64,000 nucleotides of DNA from Bacteroidia bacterium (GTDB taxonomy: Bacteria; Bacteroidota; Bacteroidia; SpSt-205). The notes beneath the pieces are model-generated. The model was not told where the DNA came from. It did not search any database and saw only the letters and a program-made list of their open reading frames with translations. The position numbers and the translations under genes are program-made. The DNA is taken from the NCBI GenBank assembly GCA_025054525.1, contig JANWZJ010000002.1, forward strand, positions 393 through 64,392, given 5' to 3'. Numbering within the stretch: position 1 is the first letter of the stretch; the number at the start of each line of letters is the position of its first letter. This document shows positions 1-9,542 of the stretch, in pieces.

Positions 1-2654
1 CTAACTCCGATAGCCTTCGCATTGGATTTTCAGGACTAGTGGGCGGACTTACCGCTACGTTCGCCGACTCCGTCTGGTTCAATACCGTAGAAGCCGAAGT
101 CTATGCCCCCAGTGCTTTCTTCACCGCCTTGGTAATCTGGCTCATGTGCCAGTGGGAAACCTCCGAAAGCCCCCGCCGCCGCAATCAGTACCTTATTCTG
201 ATCGCTTTTGCCTTCGGCCTTTCTATTGGCGTGCATCTGCTCAACCTCCTGACCTTACCTGGTCTTGCCCTCATGTATTACTTCAGAACCGCAGAAAAAC
301 CCACCCTCAAAGGCGCTATCTTGGCATTCATCATAGGAGGTCTCATTCTCGGCTTTCTGCAATACGGCGTGATTCAATACACAGTCTCACTCGCCTGGCC
401 CTTAGAGAAAATCCTCGTAGGCACTATAGACCCTGAGACTAAGGCAACTACTGGATTAGGTCTTCCTTTCGGTAGTGGGTTAGCCCTATTCATAGCCTTA
501 CTTTTCGTACTGCTGGGCACAATCGTCTGGTATGCAGAACGCCGAAATCATCCTATTCTTAGCACTGCAGCCCTGAGCCTACTTTTTGTGTATATCGGCT
601 ATACGTCTTATGCCGTGATTTTTCTCCGCTCCCAAGTCAATCCCCCCATAGACGAAAATGACCCCGGCACCGTCACGAACTTCCTTAGCTATCTCAAAAG
701 AGAGCAGTACGGCGAGGTACCTATTCTATGGGGGCCTCTGTACAGCGCGATGCCCATCGCTACTGAAGAAAAAGGCGATATCTACTTACGCTACCCGAAC
801 TCTTCTCGTTATACCTATGAAGGCCCGCGCTTGGGCTACGTATATGCAGCGAAAGACTACAGACTCTTCCCTCGTATGTGGAGCCCGACTCATTACACCG
901 ACCAAGGAGCTTTTAGCTATATCTACTTCGTAAAGAATAAAGGAGCAGATGCAAAAAGCCCCTTTGATGACAAGCCTACAGGCTTTGATAATCTACGATT
1001 TTTCCTATCGTATCAGCTCTATCACATGTATATCCGATATTTTCTCATGAATTTCGTGGGAAGAGAGTCGGAGACTCAGGACAGCCGTTGGGAGAGTGGA
1101 TTAGAGATAGGGCGTTTGCGTCGGCTGCCCACCCACCGAAAAAAAGACCCCTCCAAAGCGCACTATTATGGACTACCCTTGCTACTGGGACTACTGGGAC
1201 TTTTCTGGCAGTATCAGCGCAGTCGCAGCGACTTTAGCATCGTGGCAGCGCTCTTTTTCTTCACGGGTGTGGCTATCATCATCTACCTCAATCAGCCACC
1301 CAATCAGCCCAGAGAACGAGACTATTCTTATGTCGGCTCCTTTATTGTATTTGCTATATGGGTGGGTATGGGTACTGCTTCTTTGGCTGAATTCTTAGAG
1401 AAATACCTCGCTCAGAAGGCAGATTACTTAGCCGGCGTACTAAGCCTGGGCATACCCATCCTCATGGCAGCTCAAAACTGGCGCTCCCATTCCCGAGCCG
1501 GTAACTACGTCCCCCCAGACAGCGCCTATAACTTTCTCATGTCCTGCCCTCCCAACGCTATTCTCTTCACAAACGGAGACAATGACACGTTTCCCCTCTG
1601 GTATCTCCAAGAAGTAGAAGGCATTCGCAACGATGTTCGTATCATCAATCTCAGCCTGCTCAACACAGACTGGTACATCACCCAACTCAAATACCAAAAG
1701 TCTAACGAAGCCCCTCCTGTACCCATCTCCTTGCCGGATGAGTTTTTTATGGGAGAAAAGACCGCTTCTTATCCTTTCCCTCCCCAAGAAGTAGCAGTCC
1801 CCGTAGATAAAGCTGCCTTTCTCAAGAACTATCCCGAAGCCTTTAGATACACAGCTAACCAACTCGCCGATACCCTCAAATGGAATGTTCCTACCCGGGG
1901 CTCTAAGGATCAGACTTTCCTACTCAAACAGGATTATATGACGCTGGATATTATTTTCACAAATGCTCGTCAGGGGTGGAAACATCCTATCTGCTTTGCC
2001 AATACTCTCCCTACTATAAGCTATATGGGTCTCCAGGATTACCTATATATGCGTGGTCAAGTATATGAACTGCTCCCTTTGATACCCAAAGGAAAAGTAG
2101 GTAGTATCTTTGAAGTAACTATACAAGATACACTGACGCATCGCCTTCTCACCCAGGTATATCGCTACCGAAACTTAGATAATGATAAAATTTTCTATGA
2201 CAGCAATACTCTTCGCATGATAGCTAACTACCGTTCAGTTTTCTACCGCTTAGCGGAGCAATATCTGCGTCAGGCTAATGCACTCTCAGACACTTCCCAG
2301 AAGGAACACCTTCGGGCAAAAGCCCAAGAAATCATGCGCTTTCTACGCAAGAAAATCTCTTGGGAGAGTTGTCCGCCAGAACCTTACCAGATTGCCCAGG
2401 AGGCAAACATATGGCAGGAGTCAGGAGATACTGCAGAGGCTCGTCGGCTCTACCTGCACACTCTCCAAATGTTAGAGGAAGAGGTAGCCTATGCCCGTTA
2501 TGAGAGGGTCAAGCTGGATAATCTGATGGCTTATGCGATTGAAGCCACGACGCGTGGGTTACTCTTGACCAGAGATACCACACTCCAACAAAGAGTCTTT
2601 CGTCTCTATGAGGAAGCTCGTCCTCTGCTGGACGATAGGGATATGGAGCCGTAG
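1..2654 (+). CDS. Large polytopic membrane protein, DUF2723 / GT-C (PMT/ArnT-like) glycosyltransferase-like N-terminal region with a C-terminal TPR-like helical region. It is 5'-partial: no in-frame stop occurs upstream of the first GTG at 39, so the gene likely starts before the window.
   Basis: Frame is open from nt 3. There are multiple hydrophobic helices followed by a roughly 300-aa soluble helical tail with TPR-like periodicity. The architecture matches Bacteroidetes DUF2723 family proteins. Confidence 0.45.
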   Translation, partial: NSDSLRIGFSGLVGGLTATFADSVWFNTVEAEVYAPSAFFTALVIWLMCQWETSESPRRRNQYLILIAFAFGLSIGVHLLNLLTLPGLALMYYFRTAEKPTLKGAILAFIIGGLILGFLQYGVIQYTVSLAWPLEKILVGTIDPETKATTGLGLPFGSGLALFIALLFVLLGTIVWYAERRNHPILSTAALSLLFVYIGYTSYAVIFLRSQVNPPIDENDPGTVTNFLSYLKREQYGEVPILWGPLYSAMPIATEEKGDIYLRYPNSSRYTYEGPRLGYVYAAKDYRLFPRMWSPTHYTDQGAFSYIYFVKNKGADAKSPFDDKPTGFDNLRFFLSYQLYHMYIRYFLMNFVGRESETQDSRWESGLEIGRLRRLPTHRKKDPSKAHYYGLPLLLGLLGLFWQYQRSRSDFSIVAALFFFTGVAIIIYLNQPPNQPRERDYSYVGSFIVFAIWVGMGTASLAEFLEKYLAQKADYLAGVLSLGIPILMAAQNWRSHSRAGNYVPPDSAYNFLMSCPPNAILFTNGDNDTFPLWYLQEVEGIRNDVRIINLSLLNTDWYITQLKYQKSNEAPPVPISLPDEFFMGEKTASYPFPPQEVAVPVDKAAFLKNYPEAFRYTANQLADTLKWNVPTRGSKDQTFLLKQDYMTLDIIFTNARQGWKHPICFANTLPTISYMGLQDYLYMRGQVYELLPLIPKGKVGSIFEVTIQDTLTHRLLTQVYRYRNLDNDKIFYDSNTLRMIANYRSVFYRLAEQYLRQANALSDTSQKEHLRAKAQEIMRFLRKKISWESCPPEPYQIAQEANIWQESGDTAEARRLYLHTLQMLEEEVAYARYERVKLDNLMAYAIEATTRGLLLTRDTTLQQRVFRLYEEARPLLDDRDMEP

Positions 2655-3534
2655 TATAGCGCAAGAAGTCTGGCTACTTCGGGGTCCAGAGGTCAGTTAC
2701 CCTCCTCTTCAAGCTCGTGCCTACCGCACGACCGCTAAAGAATGGGTTATTTATCTACGGGCGGACTTAGAGAGGTGGATGCCTTATGTATTTGACTCGG
2801 TTTTTTCCGTGAAGATTACTCTACACTCAGACAAAGGCATAGAAGCAGAAGGAACTCTCACACTACCTGCTCAGAGACACTGGCAAGGTGTGTGGCGCAG
2901 TGAGCTGCCCCCCCGTCTCGCAGGCAAACCCTTCATCCTTCGTTTATCCTTTCCTGAAGCGGCTGAAGACTTCCTATTCACTTGGATTTATTTGCCCAAG
3001 GCCGTGACCGGTTCCTGGATAGCCTCCTCTGATAATGTGCTTAGCTCTTTCATATCCCTTCATGATACATTCGGTAGAGCTTACAAGATATCCCCTCAAG
3101 ACTCCCTATGGCAGATTTTCCTGCATCCTGCAGAGGTAGATACTTCGGCACCACTCCTCCCCTACATCCAGCGAAAAGCCGAGAAAAGCAAACCTGTTCC
3201 TCATCCGGGCGCGTGGTATCTGCGTAGGGATAGCAGCCAAGTTTTTTGGCATGGGTATCAACCTGCCCCTTACAGTCTTCTGCCTAAGGTAACCGATTCT
3301 CTCTTACAGAGGGCTTTTCAGCTATTCAGCGATACAAAGCCGGGGGAACGTTCAGACAGAGGGTTAGTGTATTTAGCATGGGGGCCACCCCCTGTGGAAA
3401 TCCTCTCCCCTTTCCATCGCATATGGGTATATCCAGAGAAAGGCTGGAGCTTTCACTTTCGGTGGAGAAAAGGCACTTGGCACTTAGATAGAAAGCTGGA
3501 GTACCAGGCAGCATGGCAGAACCGAGGGAAATAA
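2608..3534 (+). CDS. Hypothetical protein with no recognisable motifs. The true start may be an internal Met near 2776, because 2608 overlaps the upstream gene by 47 nt.
   Basis: Only the long ORF in the six-frame track supports it. It is Trp/Pro-rich and no family was recognised. Confidence 0.3.
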   Translation: MRKLVLCWTIGIWSRSIAQEVWLLRGPEVSYPPLQARAYRTTAKEWVIYLRADLERWMPYVFDSVFSVKITLHSDKGIEAEGTLTLPAQRHWQGVWRSELPPRLAGKPFILRLSFPEAAEDFLFTWIYLPKAVTGSWIASSDNVLSSFISLHDTFGRAYKISPQDSLWQIFLHPAEVDTSAPLLPYIQRKAEKSKPVPHPGAWYLRRDSSQVFWHGYQPAPYSLLPKVTDSLLQRAFQLFSDTKPGERSDRGLVYLAWGPPPVEILSPFHRIWVYPEKGWSFHFRWRKGTWHLDRKLEYQAAWQNRGK

Positions 3535-4283
3535 AGATTACCGATGAAAGGGCGCTGCGACGCGCAATAGAAAGCGGCCAAGCGGTAGAAAAGATTCTCT
3601 ATCGTCAGGGGACGCTATTACCCTTGCGTTTAGCTCGGCTTGTGAAGGCTTATCGTCTTCCAACTCAGCAGGTGCCTGCCACCGCTTTGCCCCCAGCCCA
3701 AAACTGGGTAGCTTATCTCAGTCCTATACCTCTTTATTCCATAGAGGGATGGTTAGCAGAGACACCGCAAGGCATAGCCTTAGCTCTCATAGGCATCTCC
3801 GACCCCCGAAACGTAGGGGCTATTTTGCGGTCAGCCGCAGCTTTTGGGGTGAAGTGGGTCCTTATCAAAGCTCAAGGAAGTCCTCTTCTTTCTTCAGAGG
3901 CGATATGGCGAGCCAGTGCAGGGGCACTTCCTCACCTTCACCTTGTGCGAGAGAAAAATACGCATGCTGCTCTTCAAAAGCTAGCCCACCGAGGTTGGCA
4001 CTTAGTCGCTACGCTACCGCCCCCACGGTGTGCTATTCCTTATTGGGAAGGACCTTGGGATAAACCTACCGTCCTTCTCTTAGGTAGCGAGGAAAAGGGA
4101 CTTCCCCCTGATTACATCAACCTGTGCTCCAGTTGCATCGCAATTCCGCACGCGTCCTACCTTGACTCTCTCAATGTAAGTACTGCAGCGGGGATTCTTT
4201 TAGCAGAGGCTTATCGGAGGAGGGTTACGGTGCCAGAGCGGCGGAAAACATATCCCGATAGGAACTCCGCTTCCAGTAGATAG
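3513..4283 (+). CDS. TrmH/SpoU-family RNA 2'-O-methyltransferase.
   Basis: SpoU methylase motifs GISDPRNVGAILRSAAAFGV and LLLGSEEKGL are present, and the length is typical of RlmB/TrmH-type enzymes. Confidence 0.7.
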   Translation: MAEPREIKITDERALRRAIESGQAVEKILYRQGTLLPLRLARLVKAYRLPTQQVPATALPPAQNWVAYLSPIPLYSIEGWLAETPQGIALALIGISDPRNVGAILRSAAAFGVKWVLIKAQGSPLLSSEAIWRASAGALPHLHLVREKNTHAALQKLAHRGWHLVATLPPPRCAIPYWEGPWDKPTVLLLGSEEKGLPPDYINLCSSCIAIPHASYLDSLNVSTAAGILLAEAYRRRVTVPERRKTYPDRNSASSR

Positions 4284-6076
4284 GTATATACTCCTTCGGG
4301 AGCGGGGTTACCTCGGCTATCCAGTCCATCCCACGCCAGCTGATTTTCCAAGTCTCGCACTAAAAGGCCCCATCGACTAAAGATGAGTATCTTGAGCCTG
4401 CGCAACGGGGGAGCAGTAATGTGCCAAGTATCATTTATGCCATCTCCATTGGGGGTAAAGACGTTAGGAATGTAGATAGTACGAAAGCGCACAGGAATAC
4501 GGCGCAAGAACGTATCTCGGCAGCCTTCTGCATTTTGGACGATTAGGAGTACTTCATAGACCCCTTGGTCGGGGAAGCTATATGAGAGCACGGGAGAGCC
4601 CGGAAAAGGAGTACCTCCTACGACCCAGCGAATGGGTGTGCCTCCTTGGCTACTATCTATGAAGATGACTGGCTGGCCAATCTCCAGCGTATCCGGCGGT
4701 TGGACGCCGAAATACGCCTGCGGTGAAGCATAATGCCTCAGCTCAAAGGGAGCACTGCGCGCTCGACCGCAGGCTTGTTGGGCTTCTACCGTATAAATGC
4801 CAGGTTGAGTGGCTACATAGATGGAGTCTGTGGCGCCAGGGATGGGATTTCCACCGAAGTACCACTGATAGCTAATAGAGGGAGGCGTAGCGATGAGTCG
4901 CACTGGCTGTTCGGGACATACTGTAAGCGGTGAAGCAGGTAGAATCGCTATCGCAGGAGCAGGCAGAGCGCCCACCCTCACCGAGTCAGCTACATACCGG
5001 CAGCCAAAGCCACTCTCTACTATTACCGTGTAAGTGCCTGGTCCATACACCCACGTACTTGGACCAGTTGTTCCCGTGCTCCATATGTAGGTCCAGTTAG
5101 GGTTGGGATTCTCTACACTGAGGCGAAGGGAGTCCCCTGGACATACAGGTGGGGGGGGATTAGGTATGATTCGCCCGAAAGGATTGCGCACGGCTAATGC
5201 AAAGGGAGTAGGCGCAAACTGAGTGACTTCCTGGCTTAGCACAGAGAAACCATCTGCTGTGCCTAAGCTACCTCCTATACTATCCCATCGGCTGCCACGC
5301 CAGTGCCCCGTCGCCTCAAAGCGTCCATCTTGTGCAGGGTCAAACGCTATCTCAAGTACGCCACCCCTGACACTGCTTACATGATGGAAGAAGAGAGGAT
5401 TAATCTGGCACAAGCGTGGATCGCGTTGATTGCGGTCATAGCCTTCGGTATTGGGGTCTATGTTCGCAAATCGTACTGCATAAGCCTCGTTGGCTCTCGC
5501 AGTGATATAAATAGGACGATAGCGTAGTACCGGCAACGAGTCTCCCACAGGGAAGATATAGCGATCGCCATTTTGACAGCGGCGGACCAAGGCTCCTCCT
5601 CGGGCCGAGCGAACAAATCCTGTATTCCGCACAATAGAGCCTGTAGCTATATTCAAATGATAGAGAGTTTCGGCATGAGTGTTAAGCATATAATCGGCAA
5701 GGTCTAAGTACTGCCGTACATAGGCTTCTTGGGCTAAGTTTTTGCTGGAGGTGCCTCGCAGTTCCAAGGTATCAAACTCAATCGGACTGCTTCCTACGAT
5801 CCACTGATAGTTTCCTCTAAGTTGAACTTTACCTGGGGATACGGGTGAATTATCGGGAAACCGAGCCAAGAACATGACGTTTCCTGCAGAGTTCTCTAAG
5901 GTATCTGTGATATAAAGGGTGCCAGAGTTATACCATCTGCCTCCCCTTAGGTTATGCACGTTTCCAATGACGCTAACGGTGGTACCAGGCAGCACGCGTA
6001 CGACTTCCCCCCAGTTACTTAAGGTTTGTACATATGCCAGCCCGAACAAGCCCAGCACTACCCTTAGATAATGCAT
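4211..6076 (-). CDS. Secreted T9SS cargo protein with a type-B (gliding-motility-associated) C-terminal domain.
   Basis: The C-terminus reads IPNVFTPNGDGINDTW...LLEAEF..., which is characteristic of the TIGR04131-type CTD. There is an N-terminal hydrophobic signal. Confidence 0.6.
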   Translation of the reverse strand: MHYLRVVLGLFGLAYVQTLSNWGEVVRVLPGTTVSVIGNVHNLRGGRWYNSGTLYITDTLENSAGNVMFLARFPDNSPVSPGKVQLRGNYQWIVGSSPIEFDTLELRGTSSKNLAQEAYVRQYLDLADYMLNTHAETLYHLNIATGSIVRNTGFVRSARGGALVRRCQNGDRYIFPVGDSLPVLRYRPIYITARANEAYAVRFANIDPNTEGYDRNQRDPRLCQINPLFFHHVSSVRGGVLEIAFDPAQDGRFEATGHWRGSRWDSIGGSLGTADGFSVLSQEVTQFAPTPFALAVRNPFGRIIPNPPPPVCPGDSLRLSVENPNPNWTYIWSTGTTGPSTWVYGPGTYTVIVESGFGCRYVADSVRVGALPAPAIAILPASPLTVCPEQPVRLIATPPSISYQWYFGGNPIPGATDSIYVATQPGIYTVEAQQACGRARSAPFELRHYASPQAYFGVQPPDTLEIGQPVIFIDSSQGGTPIRWVVGGTPFPGSPVLSYSFPDQGVYEVLLIVQNAEGCRDTFLRRIPVRFRTIYIPNVFTPNGDGINDTWHITAPPLRRLKILIFSRWGLLVRDLENQLAWDGLDSRGNPAPEGVYTYLLEAEFLSGYVFRRSGTVTLLR

Positions 6077-6093
6077 ATTTCTCTACGAAGATA

Positions 6094-6128
6094 AGCAAAA
6101 AGGGCTCACCTCACATGAGGTGAGCCCC
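6094..6128 (-). terminator. Rho-independent terminator downstream of the 6150..8774 gene.
   Basis: Perfect 10-12 bp GC-rich inverted repeat GGGCTCACCT(CA)...AGGTGAGCCC at 6102..6127, followed on the minus strand by a T5 run (plus-strand A run at 6097..6101). Confidence 0.55.
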
Positions 6129-6149
6129 AGAGGAAAAACGCCTTTTCTC

Positions 6150-8774
6150 CTACTCAGCGACGACCAGGCGGAAGGTGAGCACATCGGATGTACTCACGAT
6201 GCGCCCCATATACACTCCCGGCGCTAAGGAAAGTGGCACCCGAGCAGGTACTTCGTTGAGCTTGTATTGGGCGGCGAGCCTCCCCTGCAGGTCAAATAAG
6301 AGTACTTCCGCTTCCTGAACAGGCTTTTCAGTGGTAATGTATAGTGCATCTTGAGCGGGATTGGGATAAACAGACCACCCTGCTGCTTGGAGAGCGCTAT
6401 GAAGCGAGGTAGTTATCCGAACAGTGAGAGTGAGAATATCACTTACACAAAGAGCTTGATTTATTGCGCCTACTCGTACATTATAGGTACCTGGGGCGGC
6501 ATAGGTATGGATCACGGGATTGTCTATGCTCTCATTGCCGTCTCCGAATTCCCAGAATACTATGGCATCTGGACTTGCATTCACAGAAAAGCGCACTGTG
6601 GTGCCACTGAGAATCTGATAAGTGGGATTGGAGACGGTAGGGGCAGGCGACGCTGTGAAGCGCAAACTCATCGTATCCCTCTCATCGTTGGAGCAGCCCC
6701 GAGCCACAGCCATGAGCGTATGAGGACCAGCCGAATTAGGTACGGTGAATGTAAAGTTTTCCCTCGCTACTGGATACCCATAGCTCCAAGGATACACCTC
6801 GTACAAAGGAGTACTCTGAAGTACGCTATTTCCGTTTAGAAATATCTGGTAGGAATAGATATTATCGCCTTCTAGGTAACCATCTGCTTGTGAGCCGATA
6901 CAAGCCGACTCCACCCTTAACTCAGTGATACTGGGAAAGCTTCTGGACTCTGGTAAGGCTACTATGTCATATTCAGAGAGGCAACCGTTAGGCTGATATA
7001 TCCTTTCAGCAGTCAAGTAATGTACTCTGAGAGCGGGATAGCTGATGGAAACCGTATCTGTATGCGGGAATGGGCCAAGAATAGTGCCATTAGGTAAGAA
7101 ATATCGCACGGAGAAAGGAGGCTCTCCTGTTTGCCGAATAGGATGAATTCGTATGGTTCGCGCCTGACCTGCACACACAGGTTGAACAGCATAGGAGCCC
7201 TGCAGCGGGTAAACAAATCCTGGTAAGTGAAGGGTCCGGAAGAAAGAGTCAGCTTTACCACAAGCGTTTTGAATTCGCACGCCTACGGTATAAGAGCCTG
7301 GTGTTGTGGGTCCTGCTATCACCGTATCCAACCGGAAGATTCTTATGCGCTGCGGTGTGGTCCAAGAAGTAATAAGATGAATGATCGTATTGGAAGATAG
7401 ATTAAAGTTAGCATTTCTGTAGATGCGAATCGGTACGGGACTTCCTAAACAAAAGGCAACGGTATCTATATTGAAGTAAAATGTAGGCATGCTATCACTC
7501 AGAGAAGGGCTCCATTCTATGGTATCTATGCGAGAGATACAGGGAAGCCGCTGCCGAATGCGAATGCGAGGAGAAGAGGTGGGGAAAACCGCAAGAATGC
7601 TGTACTTATCTAGGGAATCCCACTGCCCATCATAGTTAACATCCCAGTCTATAGCACCATATCCAGAGGCATACATTCTTACAGGCGTACCTGGACATGA
7701 GCCTTCCCTGGGGTCTAAGGTACTTATGATAGCCTGCGGTAAGCCGATAGCACCTCCTACCACATATACCTTCGCTGTATCCCACCGAATGCTTCCATGG
7801 GGAAACCAGGGCGTGCATGGATACTTGACATGATAGACCACAAGGTAACTATCAATAATACTAGGCCTCCATGAAGCGGGGAGACGATTGAAGCCAGCTA
7901 CTTTAGCTCTGGTAGAGCCCCTGAGTATGCTAACGCTGTCAAGATAGAAAGTATCTCGGTCGTACGGGGCATATATCTGAAATGAGTCACCCAAACATAT
8001 CCTCTCGGGATATAAATTGGCTCGGGGCGGCACAGGAACATGGGGGTCAGGGGTTGTGGAGATCGTCGTATAAGTACGACTTATCCAACCACAGGCATAT
8101 CCGATAAACTCTATATTCCAGAGCGGCGCCGAAGGCACGGTCAAGGTAAAGCGCCTTTGATTGCGTATGGTATCTGCAGTGCCCGGGCCGTAGCCTACTT
8201 TGAAGCTGTCCAGATCGGAGGTATTTGTTATCCTGAACTCTATCCGCATCCCAGGACAAAATCGCACCAGCCCTGAAGGCAGGGGACGCATCTGATAAGA
8301 GACCATAGCCTGCCTATACCGGAAACCCCGCACGAAAGATACCGAGTCTCCATTCCGCAGATAGACTCGCAAGCCTACACTCCACAGGATAGAAAAGGAG
8401 GGCGTAAGTTCTAAACCTACCTTGATGGCACCAGGTGTATATGTGAAACTCTCCAAAGAAGGAAAAACCTGATTGAGGAATACAGTAGTAGAAGGATTAT
8501 ACCACGCCCATCGTTGGATGCCAGCGGCGCCCATGCCTGTGGTATCCACAATCAACCAGACTGTATCCTGGAAGGCTAAAGGATACTTAGGGCAGATAAC
8601 CGAGTCTGCCAGACGAATACTTCCACTTCCTGTAGAGTCGCGATAGATGCCCCACTGCGTCCATGGACCGGGACGACTTTGGGCATTGAGTTGAGCTGCC
8701 AAGATAAAGGATGAGGCAGCCAGTAGTCGCCACGCACTTCGCATATTTAGCATGGCAGACAAATTTCGTGCCAA
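6150..8774 (-). CDS. Secreted T9SS cargo protein with a PKD domain and a type-A Por C-terminal sorting domain.
   Basis: PKD-like segment FGDGNESIDNPVIHTYAAPGTYNVRV. The C-terminus VYPNPAQDALYI...GVYMGRIVS... matches the TIGR04183-type CTD. An N-terminal signal peptide is present. Confidence 0.65.
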   Translation of the reverse strand: MARNLSAMLNMRSAWRLLAASSFILAAQLNAQSRPGPWTQWGIYRDSTGSGSIRLADSVICPKYPLAFQDTVWLIVDTTGMGAAGIQRWAWYNPSTTVFLNQVFPSLESFTYTPGAIKVGLELTPSFSILWSVGLRVYLRNGDSVSFVRGFRYRQAMVSYQMRPLPSGLVRFCPGMRIEFRITNTSDLDSFKVGYGPGTADTIRNQRRFTLTVPSAPLWNIEFIGYACGWISRTYTTISTTPDPHVPVPPRANLYPERICLGDSFQIYAPYDRDTFYLDSVSILRGSTRAKVAGFNRLPASWRPSIIDSYLVVYHVKYPCTPWFPHGSIRWDTAKVYVVGGAIGLPQAIISTLDPREGSCPGTPVRMYASGYGAIDWDVNYDGQWDSLDKYSILAVFPTSSPRIRIRQRLPCISRIDTIEWSPSLSDSMPTFYFNIDTVAFCLGSPVPIRIYRNANFNLSSNTIIHLITSWTTPQRIRIFRLDTVIAGPTTPGSYTVGVRIQNACGKADSFFRTLHLPGFVYPLQGSYAVQPVCAGQARTIRIHPIRQTGEPPFSVRYFLPNGTILGPFPHTDTVSISYPALRVHYLTAERIYQPNGCLSEYDIVALPESRSFPSITELRVESACIGSQADGYLEGDNIYSYQIFLNGNSVLQSTPLYEVYPWSYGYPVARENFTFTVPNSAGPHTLMAVARGCSNDERDTMSLRFTASPAPTVSNPTYQILSGTTVRFSVNASPDAIVFWEFGDGNESIDNPVIHTYAAPGTYNVRVGAINQALCVSDILTLTVRITTSLHSALQAAGWSVYPNPAQDALYITTEKPVQEAEVLLFDLQGRLAAQYKLNEVPARVPLSLAPGVYMGRIVSTSDVLTFRLVVAE

Positions 8775-8808
8775 GAAGACGAGATGTATATTTTGTTATT
8801 CTGAGCGG

Positions 8809-9540
8809 ATGATTCGGCATGGATACCTACCTTTTCTCTGCTTGGGATTATGGGCGCAAGGCGTGCGACCCTGGCAGGTAGGATTTCAGCTTGGCTTCAA
8901 TATCCCTGCGTATCGCAGCTCTGAACGAGTAGCGAAAGCCGTAGTAACCCCAGGTGGAAGTGCTGGTCTGCAGATACGGTATGCTCTCACTTCCCGACTG
9001 GCTGTCCAGACAGGACTGTATTACAATCAACGCGTCTCCAGCTACCTCGTCGTAGAAAGCTATCGGGAAGACACCACTGTGGGCATGATCCGAGATGAGT
9101 ATGTAGTATATGTAGAAAATGACGGGAAGCTCACATTAGCGCATTTAGAGCTGCCCATACTGGCAGAATGGAATATCGTCAAGGGAGAAAACTATCGCTC
9201 CTACTTCCTCGGTGGGGTACATGCGGGCTACCGGCTATTTGCTCGTAATGTAGGTACGACACGGGTACTGCTGGAAGGCTTAGACTTTTTGCCGCTTTTT
9301 GGCTTCCCGCCTAAGACTCGAGTCGTGGTAGAAGAACAGCAGTTAGACCCTAAACGAGTAGTCTTCAAAAACGGCGACTTTGGGTTGTGGGCAGGCGGTG
9401 GGAATGCCTATCGCATGGGCAAAGGCGAAATGACCTTTGAGATACGCGCCTTCACCGGGCTTATCAATATATTCCGACAGCCCCGAAATCAGCAATTCTA
9501 CAATGGCTCTGTCATGTTCATGCTGGGGTATTTATTTTAG
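8809..9540 (+). CDS. Outer-membrane beta-barrel (PorT/OMP_b-brl_2-like) protein. The ORF is open from 8752, and the start at 8809 is chosen because the signal-like segment begins there.
   Basis: Signal-like N-terminus MIRHGYLPFLCLGLWAQG, alternating amphipathic beta-strand pattern, and a terminal aromatic residue (…MLGYLF). Confidence 0.45.
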   Translation: MIRHGYLPFLCLGLWAQGVRPWQVGFQLGFNIPAYRSSERVAKAVVTPGGSAGLQIRYALTSRLAVQTGLYYNQRVSSYLVVESYREDTTVGMIRDEYVVYVENDGKLTLAHLELPILAEWNIVKGENYRSYFLGGVHAGYRLFARNVGTTRVLLEGLDFLPLFGFPPKTRVVVEEQQLDPKRVVFKNGDFGLWAGGGNAYRMGKGEMTFEIRAFTGLINIFRQPRNQQFYNGSVMFMLGYLF

Positions 9541-9542
9541 GG

